Source: a virus. Taken from it: a DNA stretch of 46,318 nucleotides. Position 1 is the first letter of the stretch. Each line of letters opens with the position of its first letter. The DNA is taken from IMG/VR virus record IMGVR_UViG_3300028534_000016, positions 92,152 to 138,469 of that record; one strand, written 5' to 3'. A program made the translations under genes and the position numbers. Positions 38,461-46,318 of the stretch are shown here, in pieces. The notes under the pieces are model-generated. The model was not told the origin of the DNA, made no database searches, and worked only from the letters and a program-made list of their open reading frames with translations.

Positions 38461-40965
38461 ATGAGTAAAAAAATAAATATACCTAAGATAGTAAATGAAC
38501 ACCCTCAAGCTGCTGTCCTTTTAAGTAAATTAAACAATACTAAAAAAGGCAAAAATATTGGGGAATCATATAGTAGTATGCCTGCTATTTCTGATAGTAT
38601 TAAAGAAAAATTAAAAAATAACGAAGATATTGCTCAATTATTTCCGGATGTAGAGCTTTCTATGCAAATTCTTGTGAGTAGTATTCTTGCACCTAATGAT
38701 ATGCTAACAACTAATCTTATTTATCAAAAACCAGATATTAAGATGCCTAGTGAAATTAATGCAGTCATTATGGAAACTATTAAAACATATATCAAAACTA
38801 ATTATGACTTAACAAGTAAACTAGGAACTATAGTAAGAGAAGCATTATTTACTAAAGGTGCGTATATCGAAACTATCATACCGGAAGCTAGTTTAGATGC
38901 AATTATTAATCCTACAGAAAAAGAAAGTAATGGCGAAGTATCTGTAGAAGATTATATAGATACTATTATTGCGAATAATGAAAAAGCAGTATATGTTAAA
39001 GATAGTGATGTTACTGTTTCTTTAGAGGACTATAACAACATAGAATTAACTGGTAGCAGTGAAGATTTATTAGTAGATATTACTGATGATCTAACAATAC
39101 TTAAAGCTAAGGAAAAGTTATTCGTTAGTATTGAAGAGAAAAAAGATGAAACTAGTGATATCTTAGATAAGTTGTTTAAGAAAAATGACGATTATGAAGA
39201 AACACCTTTTGTAAGAGTTAATACATTAGAGGATAATCTTAGAGATAGTATAGGTAAACCTTTAGTAATGAAATTACCAACTGAAGCAGTTATTCCTGTT
39301 TATGTAACAGGTGACCCGACTAAACATGTAGGTTATTTTATTTTACTAGATGAAAAAGGTACTCCTGTAACTATGGATACTAAAGCACCAGCTATCGCTG
39401 ATGAAATAGATAACATGGCTAAGAGTAAAGATAATAAACTCAATATTATTAAAAAAGCTAAAGATGCTTTAAATGGCATTACTAGAAAAGATCCCACTTT
39501 AAAAGATATGGAAGATATTTATGGTGCTGTACTTAATGAAAAAATTAATAAAGCATTAGCTGCTGGTAAATATGGTGATTTAGTAGATATCAATGCTACA
39601 GGCGATATCTATAGGGTTATGTTATATAGAGCATTAAGAGCACAGAAAACAAGATTGCTTTATATTAGTTCTGAGAATATGATATATTATGCTTTTGACT
39701 ATAGAGATAATGGTACAGGTAAATCATTATTAGAAAAAGTATCTGTGTTATTCAGTATTAGAGCTATTCTTTTATTTGCTAGACTTATGGCTAATATTAA
39801 AAATTCAGTAACAACAACTGAAGTAACTGCTACACTTAGTGAAAATGATATAGATCCAGCTAAGACTATGGAACACATTATATCTGAAGCTATGAAAACA
39901 AGGCAGACACAGTTACCATTAGGTGTTACTAAAATAGATGATTTAGTAGACTGGGCACACAAAGTAGGGTTTAAGTTTAACTTTAAAGGTCCTGGTATAC
40001 CGGATATGGATATTAGCGTATCTGATGAAGGAACGAATAAGATAGTACCAGATACTGACCTAGATGAAACTATTGAAGAACATATTATTATGTCTTTCGG
40101 ATTAACTCCTGAAATAGTTAAATCAGGTTATGACCCTGAATTTGCGACTACAGTATTGGCCAATAATATACTCTTAGCTAAACGTGTTATGCAGTTACAA
40201 GATAAGTTAGTTCCGTTTATTACTTCACATGTTACTAAGATGCTACATAATGATAGTGTGATTAGAAGTAAATTAGCTAAGATAATTGAAAGTAATAGTT
40301 CTAGTATTGAAAGATACATTATTAAAGGTGTAGACCCTGATAATAAAGAGTTACTTAAAGAACTTAAAAAGAAAGATGTACTAATAACATATGTGACAAA
40401 TCAATATATCAAAAACATTACTGTCACATTACCTAGACCGTCTATCCAAGAAAATGAAGATATGAAAGCAGCGTTTGAGAAATTTGTAGATCCTTTAGAC
40501 GATTATTTAGATCTCATTATTTCAGAAGATGCGTTACCTGAAGAGTTTGCAGGTGAACTATCTACTAAACTTGATGATGTTAAGAAAATTATTAAAACTA
40601 TGCTAGTTAAGAAATGGGCTGCTGATAATGGTTATATGTCAGAGATTAATGAGTTCTTAACACTTAATGAAGATGGTAAACCAGAGTTAGATTTATTATC
40701 AGAATATAACGAATATATCAAAGCATTGAGTAATGCGATTATTCCATTCTTAAAAGACAATAACAAAATAGTTGATAAGACTGATGATAAAATAGAAAAG
40801 ATAGATGAAGAAGATGAAAATAATAATGTTGGTGATGCCGAAGAACCAACTGAAGATGATAATGTTGATAATATGGAAGAAGATAACGGTGGTGGTGATG
40901 TAGATAATAATGAGGATGATGGTGAAGAAGAGACAGATAATACAGAAGATGATTTTAAAGTATAA
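38461..40965 (+). CDS. Portal protein (phiKZ gp129-like)
   Basis: LFPDVELSMQILVSSILAPNDM, KLPTEAVIPV...GDP..HVGYF.LLDE.G.P, YYAFDY...G.GKSLLE, DIDP, FGL.PE, FATTV. Confidence 0.8.
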   Translation: MSKKINIPKIVNEHPQAAVLLSKLNNTKKGKNIGESYSSMPAISDSIKEKLKNNEDIAQLFPDVELSMQILVSSILAPNDMLTTNLIYQKPDIKMPSEINAVIMETIKTYIKTNYDLTSKLGTIVREALFTKGAYIETIIPEASLDAIINPTEKESNGEVSVEDYIDTIIANNEKAVYVKDSDVTVSLEDYNNIELTGSSEDLLVDITDDLTILKAKEKLFVSIEEKKDETSDILDKLFKKNDDYEETPFVRVNTLEDNLRDSIGKPLVMKLPTEAVIPVYVTGDPTKHVGYFILLDEKGTPVTMDTKAPAIADEIDNMAKSKDNKLNIIKKAKDALNGITRKDPTLKDMEDIYGAVLNEKINKALAAGKYGDLVDINATGDIYRVMLYRALRAQKTRLLYISSENMIYYAFDYRDNGTGKSLLEKVSVLFSIRAILLFARLMANIKNSVTTTEVTATLSENDIDPAKTMEHIISEAMKTRQTQLPLGVTKIDDLVDWAHKVGFKFNFKGPGIPDMDISVSDEGTNKIVPDTDLDETIEEHIIMSFGLTPEIVKSGYDPEFATTVLANNILLAKRVMQLQDKLVPFITSHVTKMLHNDSVIRSKLAKIIESNSSSIERYIIKGVDPDNKELLKELKKKDVLITYVTNQYIKNITVTLPRPSIQENEDMKAAFEKFVDPLDDYLDLIISEDALPEEFAGELSTKLDDVKKIIKTMLVKKWAADNGYMSEINEFLTLNEDGKPELDLLSEYNEYIKALSNAIIPFLKDNNKIVDKTDDKIEKIDEEDENNNVGDAEEPTEDDNVDNMEEDNGGGDVDNNEDDGEEETDNTEDDFKV

Positions 40966-40976
40966 AGTATAAGATA

Positions 40977-41010
40977 TATAACTACTAAGACTATAGTCTT
41001 AGTAGTTATA
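40977..41010. terminator. Perfect 34-bp palindrome between convergent genes
   Basis: TATAACTACTAAGACTA/TAGTCTTAGTAGTTATA. Confidence 0.78.
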
Positions 41011-41017
41011 GCAGTAT

Positions 41018-41356
41018 TTATTTTGCTGGAGCAGGTAATTTAGGAGCTCCACTATCTTCAAGTTTACCTTGTACTTCTTTATAAATAATGTGATTTAATC
41101 CTATGATACCATTAACTGTTTTCATATATGTAATAATGTTATCTAGCATGATGTTAGTCATAACAGTATTAGCATAACGATACATAGGAGTAACAGCATA
41201 CATATCTAATTTAGACATAAGTTTTTCAGTATTAGATTCATCGTTAATATTTTCTAATGCAATATCGATTAAATCCTTACTATCGATATCTTCTAAAGAT
41301 AACTTTGGTTCTAAATTCTCATCTTCTCTAGATAAGTCAAATAACTTCATTTTCAT
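41018..41356 (-). CDS. Hypothetical protein, possible processed head protein
   Basis: AAGGA RBS. SLE and ALE motifs in the N-terminal part. Confidence 0.6.
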   Translation of the reverse strand: MKMKLFDLSREDENLEPKLSLEDIDSKDLIDIALENINDESNTEKLMSKLDMYAVTPMYRYANTVMTNIMLDNIITYMKTVNGIIGLNHIIYKEVQGKLEDSGAPKLPAPAK

Positions 41357-41411
41357 TTCGTGTCCTTAATTTTGTTATATGCATAGAAAAACTAAAAAAA
41401 AAAAATTAATG

Positions 41412-41439
41412 ACTATAGTAGCTTATTAGCTACTATAGT
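41412..41439. terminator. Hairpin terminator
   Basis: ACTATAGTAGCT-TATT-AGCTACTATAGT at a stop codon, followed on the minus strand by a T-run. Confidence 0.7.
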
Positions 41440-42884
41440 TTTACGATTACAAACTTGTCACTATCTGGGTTATAGTATACATAATAAGTATCTGTATCTG
41501 TACACAATACCATATACTGTAATGGTTGAGTTACATCTCTTCCACCGACAACATCTAGTAATGCTCGATACATAGCAGTATGTGATACTTCATTAACAGC
41601 CATACTGTTGTCTTCCATAGTTTCTAACTTATAGTTAATGATTTTACTCTTACTATAAGCAATGATAACATTTTCAGGAAGTCTAATAGTCTTAGCTACT
41701 TTAGTATCTTCTTCTACTTTAGGTAACTTATTCTTAATGTCCAGCATTAAGATATCGTGGAACTTATTACATGCTAAAATAAGATCTTCGGATCTTAATG
41801 GATAAGTTTTAGGAATATAGTTATTGACAAGAATATCAAAGTCTTCCATATAACTATCTATGTTTAGCTTTAACCCAGTAGCAGCCACTATATAGTAGTT
41901 AAACTTATCTGTTAAGAACTCATCTATACGACAATATAGATTATGTTTTAACTCATGGTTAGTTAAGATAGAGATATGTTTATCGTCAATGTCATCACTA
42001 CGAAACATACCATCTTTCTTAATTTCTTCTTCTTCGATAAGTCTACCTAAACGCTTAGCTAATGATTCTAAGTCTTGTTTACGGTAAGTGCTTCTTACTA
42101 AATCAGCATAAACATTGTCATCTATTTCTTTACTTGTAATAACGTCACGAGCAGCTACTGTTTTAGTATATGTAATTGCATTGTTAGTTTCGTACGATTC
42201 TAACTTAAGTTTTCTAACTACACTTGAAAGATGGAATTTTTTATTTCCTTCTATCACGTCAGTTACAACAGGTATGGATGTTACTTTATTTGTTTGTATA
42301 CGAGGAGGGTTCTTCATGTTGCTTACCTTAAAAGAGTATTTAAAATGTCTGTCATCAGTATCTATTACTGTTTCTACACTATCATCTGTAATGAATTTGT
42401 GTTCATGTCCAGGATATGGTATCGACTTAATAGTCTCTTTTTCAATAGTTTCTACAGGAACAACTACTTCCTCTTGTTGTTTAGGAGTAACATCGGTGTC
42501 ATAAGCATCATTATCAACACTATAACGACTACTGTATGTGCTAGCTTTATGTTGTTGTGGTGCTTGCTGCATACCGTATGTAGGTGCAGGTTGAAACCCT
42601 TGTGGTTGTGGTTGATATGGTTGTTGCATAGGCTGACCATATGGTTGTTGTCCATACACTTGCTGTTGTTGCATGCGTTGCTGTTGTAGTGCTTGTTGTC
42701 GTTGTTGTAGGATTTGACGCTGTTGCATAGCGATATCTTGTTGTGTTGGTTGGTATACCGGTTGTTGGTACATCGGCTGTTGTACTGGTTGCTGATATAC
42801 TGGTTGTTGTGGATAACCTTGTTGTACTGGTTGTACATTAGGTTGATACTGTGGTTGTTGGCCATAACCATAGTTGTTACTCAT
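41433..42884 (-). CDS. Hypothetical protein with Q/P/Y-rich low-complexity N-terminus
   Basis: About 110 aa of QQPxY repeats, then a globular region. AAGGA RBS. Confidence 0.75.
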   Translation of the reverse strand: MSNNYGYGQQPQYQPNVQPVQQGYPQQPVYQQPVQQPMYQQPVYQPTQQDIAMQQRQILQQRQQALQQQRMQQQQVYGQQPYGQPMQQPYQPQPQGFQPAPTYGMQQAPQQHKASTYSSRYSVDNDAYDTDVTPKQQEEVVVPVETIEKETIKSIPYPGHEHKFITDDSVETVIDTDDRHFKYSFKVSNMKNPPRIQTNKVTSIPVVTDVIEGNKKFHLSSVVRKLKLESYETNNAITYTKTVAARDVITSKEIDDNVYADLVRSTYRKQDLESLAKRLGRLIEEEEIKKDGMFRSDDIDDKHISILTNHELKHNLYCRIDEFLTDKFNYYIVAATGLKLNIDSYMEDFDILVNNYIPKTYPLRSEDLILACNKFHDILMLDIKNKLPKVEEDTKVAKTIRLPENVIIAYSKSKIINYKLETMEDNSMAVNEVSHTAMYRALLDVVGGRDVTQPLQYMVLCTDTDTYYVYYNPDSDKFVIVKL

Positions 42885-42936
42885 GTTGCTTCCTTCTGTT
42901 TATGTATTTGCGCAAGTACATAGTGTACTCTATTTT

Positions 42937-42948
42937 AATAATATATGT
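42937..42948 (-). promoter_or_regulatory. Candidate early promoter ACATATATTATT
   Basis: Identical to 7399-7410, intergenic, upstream of the Q-rich gene. Confidence 0.45.
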
Positions 42949-42953
42949 CTATA

Positions 42954-43472
42954 TTATTTTGAAAAGTAGATTAACAATCCGTTCTCGTCGTTTACTTCAT
43001 AACTATAATTGAGTTTTTCTAATATCGTTTTTGTGGCATCTATAGTTCCGGTATTTATAGTACCCATAAGACATTTGTCATTATTAGTAGCAGCATTCTC
43101 TTTGATGGTAGACAATACTTTACCAATGTAACTAATATTAGGATACAACATATTAATTTGTTCTCTATCTTCTTTATCTAGAAATGTTATTTCATCTTCT
43201 AACACTTCGTTAAAGATACCATATACTATTCTCAATATTTCTAAATACTCATCTACATCTAATTTTTTAGAATATTCTAAAATATGCTTGATACTGTTTA
43301 CGAATACATTATCATTCGCACTATGTGATATTTCGACATCACCTACTTTAACACTTAATATGTCAGGTTTAAAATACTCACCTTCTTCGATACGTGCTAT
43401 CAAGTTATCATTACCTTTGTAATTGATGCGTTCTTCTAGATACTCAGCACTTAAATCTTTTAACTTAACCAT
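42954..43472 (-). CDS. Hypothetical protein
   Basis: 172 aa, GAGGAG RBS. Confidence 0.7.
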   Translation of the reverse strand: MVKLKDLSAEYLEERINYKGNDNLIARIEEGEYFKPDILSVKVGDVEISHSANDNVFVNSIKHILEYSKKLDVDEYLEILRIVYGIFNEVLEDEITFLDKEDREQINMLYPNISYIGKVLSTIKENAATNNDKCLMGTINTGTIDATKTILEKLNYSYEVNDENGLLIYFSK

Positions 43473-43489
43473 TGTTTACTCCTCATTAT

Positions 43490-43846
43490 TTATTCCACTA
43501 TTACAGGTATAGTAATTAACTTACCTTTATATTTCTCTACTTGTTTTAACTTTACATCTAAAACTATTTTACCTTCATTAGTGTTAGCAGTAATAGTACA
43601 TTTATTTTTATACATAGTTACTTCAATATCAATAAGTATTTCTTGTCTTAACTTAAACTCTAACTTATTGATTTTGAGTAAACCTTCATATGATGCTATA
43701 CTATTAAGTACAACACTATTCGTAATAGATGTACTATCCTCGTGTTCTTCTTTTGTAATAAGGATAAATCTATTATCCTTAATGGCTAAGACTAAATACT
43801 CATTAGGTAAATTAGTCTTAATGCTTTTAGCAACTGCTATGCTCAT
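43490..43846 (-). CDS. Hypothetical protein
   Basis: 118 aa, AAGGAG RBS. Confidence 0.7.
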   Translation of the reverse strand: MSIAVAKSIKTNLPNEYLVLAIKDNRFILITKEEHEDSTSITNSVVLNSIASYEGLLKINKLEFKLRQEILIDIEVTMYKNKCTITANTNEGKIVLDVKLKQVEKYKGKLITIPVIVE

Positions 43847-43855
43847 TGTTTCTCC

Positions 43856-44155
43856 TTATTCGATACTGTCTAATGTTACAACATGTTCTGAATCTAGTAT
43901 CTTTTTGTTTTCTTTTGCTTTACCAAGTAACATACTATCTAGTAGTTTAATGGTATCTTTCATTTTATCATCGATTTTTAATTTACCTGTATGTAAATCA
44001 TAATCCATAAACAGGTTAGCTCTAAATCTAGGTGATGGAGCTGTTTTACTTAAGAACAATAATGAACCTAACCATAAGTCATGTCCTCTTAAAGTTCTAG
44101 TTGATTCTGGAAATTGGCTCTTTCGACCAACTTTTACACCGTCGCCTTGCGATTG
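43856..44155 (-). CDS. Non-virion RNA polymerase beta subunit N-terminal part (phiKZ gp123-like), exon 2
   Basis: QSQGDGV...GSLLFLSKTAPSPRFRANLF, in frame with exon 1 after intron removal. Confidence 0.8.
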   Translation of the reverse strand, partial: QSQGDGVKVGRKSQFPESTRTLRGHDLWLGSLLFLSKTAPSPRFRANLFMDYDLHTGKLKIDDKMKDTIKLLDSMLLGKAKENKKILDSEHVVTLDSIE

Positions 44156-44635
44156 CAAAATCTTCAGTATGTATCGCTACTACATACCCGTCTGTATTTC
44201 ACAGACTGCTTAACCATTACAGTTAACGACTACAGTATTTCTGTAGAAGGGACTATTGTCCGTTGAGACTATATCTTCATCCCTAGTTCATATATTTGAA
44301 CTAGTAGGATGTTTACTGTTTCGATTTAAGGGATTCTCACCCACCTGCTTAGGCCCTACTCCCATAAGGGATAGTCGTTGAACTCACACACTCCATATAG
44401 GATAGCTCTCGCTGTTTAAGGTGCTTCGCTGCGTCGGTTCCGCCCAGGTTATAGAGTTTTTACCTCAGTATTCCTACGGATACTTCCGTACGGATTACCA
44501 TGCTACACACTTCCATTACTGGGTGTAGTATTACAGTCTGTTTCCAGCTGTAAGTGGTATCTATAACTTTTAACAGGGGTTCCCGCAATTAAATAAATAC
44601 ATTTCTACCTATTACTAGATAGAATAGACCATTCG
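44156..44635 (-). mobile_element. ORF-less group I intron (480 nt)
   Basis: Core AATTGCGGGAA, GACGCAGCG, GTTCAACGACTA, AAGATATAGTCT. P1 AGAT|C-GAAT-GGTCT with U-G at the splice site. 3' end GAAGATTTTG aligns with intron 1 GAACATTACG. Confidence 0.88.
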
Positions 44636-46042
44636 ATCTTTAAAGATACTTGTGATTTTAGGGTACATAATGTCAGTAGGTGTATCAGCCATATTCATAG
44701 TCAAGTTCATAGCGGAACTCTTTACTATGCCATATATTCTTTTAGCAGTTAAACTATTAGCGAATACAGATACTATTTCTTTTTCACTAAGAACTTTCTT
44801 ATTGAATTTCTTATTGATATCAAATAATGATTTATTAATACCATAAATGATATCATATAGGATATAGTAAAGAATATCCACATATCTATTGCTAATATCA
44901 CTATTATACTCTTTACTGTTGATTAACCAAGTATTGAATCTACTCAATATGACTGCCATTAAATCAAATACGGTTTTAACATCTACACCTATCTCTTTTA
45001 ACTTACGAATAATCAAGTTATCCATATAGTTTTGTAATGTACCAAAATGATTAGTCATTTCAGACATAATCTTGTCAATACTATATCCATTTCTGAATAT
45101 AACTTTACCTAATACAATACGCCAATAGATTACTTCGTCTTTAACATCATGGTTATCTAACAGTGTTATGAAGTCATTAACAATATCAGGCATTACATCA
45201 AAAGTATATATGATACCAAATATGAAGTTATCTAAAAATGATTTATTGCTTTCGTTTACTTCATCTTTAGGAATAAGTATCTTTAAATCATGACCTACAT
45301 AATACGTCTCTTTACTATTTCTAGGTTTAAGTTTAGTACTTTCATAAACATGGTACATGTCTCTGTAATGATCTACATTATCTAGAGTCACTTTAACATT
45401 CTTGACATTAGCATATTTCTCTAAACTCTTTTTGAACCCATACATGCCTAATAGATATAAACTAACAGCAGGATATGCTAAACCTAAATTATCTTGTATC
45501 TTTCTACCGGCTAGTCTATATGTGTTACTATAGATAACTTGTCCGTCTCTTTTCTCTCCGTCTATGATAAAGTTTCTCTGGTATCTACTGAACGTTAACT
45601 TATCCTTAAGTAACCTTACAAAGATTTCTTTATTACTAGGAGAGATAACTGTATCTGATAATATAGGTACTATGTTATAAATAGTATCTGATATTTTGAT
45701 TAAGTTACCTCTATCAGCATATGGTAAATACACAAATCTAGGTATAGGCGTTCCTCTATATACGAAACGCAACTCTATCATGTAGAGATCACTTACTGCT
45801 AAATCATATAACGTTTTCTTATCAGGAGAAGTAAAGAGTTTATCGAACTCTTCTTTAGGTGTTAGTTTACGCCAACCATGGTATTCTAAACCTGTGTGTT
45901 GCATGTTATTAACAGAAGTAGTTATTATCTCATCAAGATACTCTGGTGCTGTTTTAAGTATTTTCTTAGCAGCTCCTTCTGTTACATTCTTATTGAACTT
46001 AGGTGTGTTGTTGTCAAGTACTCGCGCTAGTACATCGTTCAT
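44636..46042 (-). CDS. Non-virion RNA polymerase beta subunit N-terminal part (phiKZ gp123-like), exon 1
   Basis: NTPKFN..V..G, YDLA.SD.Y, YLPY..RGN...IS, P.LSD.VIS, IFVRLL.DKLTF. 469 codons ending KITSIFKD. Spliced product 568 aa. Confidence 0.8.
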
Positions 46043-46050
46043 GTTGTCTC

Positions 46051-46318
46051 CTATATATAAAGTTTAACCACTGTTAAGATAACAGGTATAGCTCTTAATA
46101 CTAATTCAGCATTAAACCTAGTTTTATCGTTATCAGTTTTTATCTTTTGTGTTTTTAACTCATTTTGGTGCTTAAGATTTTGAGCATAGATATCACTTTC
46201 GTTTTTCATCTGTTGAAGTTTTCTATCTATGTCAAATTTGATTCGGGTCATATATGTATCTATCTCAAATTTTGTAATCAGTATTTCATTCTCTAAAACC
46301 TTTCTTTCAAATTCGGTG
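46051..46318 (-). CDS. 3' part of a hypothetical coiled-coil protein (5'-truncated by the window)
   Basis: Frame stays open upstream of ATG 46251 to the window edge (TEFERKVLENEILITKFEIDTYM...). Confidence 0.65.
   Translation of the reverse strand, partial: TEFERKVLENEILITKFEIDTYMTRIKFDIDRKLQQMKNESDIYAQNLKHQNELKTQKIKTDNDKTRFNAELVLRAIPVILTVVKLYI

Noticed and set aside
43856-44158. Independent 100-aa gene starting at TTG
   Set aside because: The TTG is the last three intron bases, and the ORF is exon 2 of the nvRNAP subunit.
44161-44647. Alternative splice junction KITS|ILQSQ
   Set aside because: It is in frame, but the P1 U-G pairing and the 3'-end alignment with intron 1 favour KITSIFKD|QSQ.
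2191-44846. Many antisense or nested ORFs (e.g. 2191-2583, 8022-8516, 21447-21995, 42231-42689)
   Set aside because: Shadow frames of long genes, lacking RBSs and with biased Ser/Leu/Ile-rich composition.

Overview
AT-rich segment of a phiKZ-like jumbo phage genome, read in the standard genetic code with AAGGA/AGGAG ribosome-binding sites. It encodes the tail sheath and tube, prohead protease, portal, a tape-measure-like tail protein with an M15 peptidase, a UvsX recombinase, a RuvC-like resolvase, an HD hydrolase, and subunits of both the virion and the non-virion multisubunit RNA polymerases. Two closely related group I introns split RNAP genes. One (18701-19957) interrupts the catalytic DFDGD codons of the virion beta' gene and carries a homing endonuclease. 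The other (44156-44635) has no ORF and lies in the non-virion beta gene. A related free-standing endonuclease sits between exact 47-bp direct repeats that duplicate the 3' end of the tail tube gene. The least explained part is a minus-strand island (about 6110-7410) where one small protein gene is surrounded by structured RNA-like elements: a long leader hairpin, a ~300-nt multi-helix region, two hairpins with identical loops but different stems, and an aberrant tRNA-like RNA. Long palindromes mark gene ends, and a G-tract plus AT-rich region upstream of uvsX is a candidate origin. The phiKZ gp equivalences come from recalled motifs and synteny, not from database searches.
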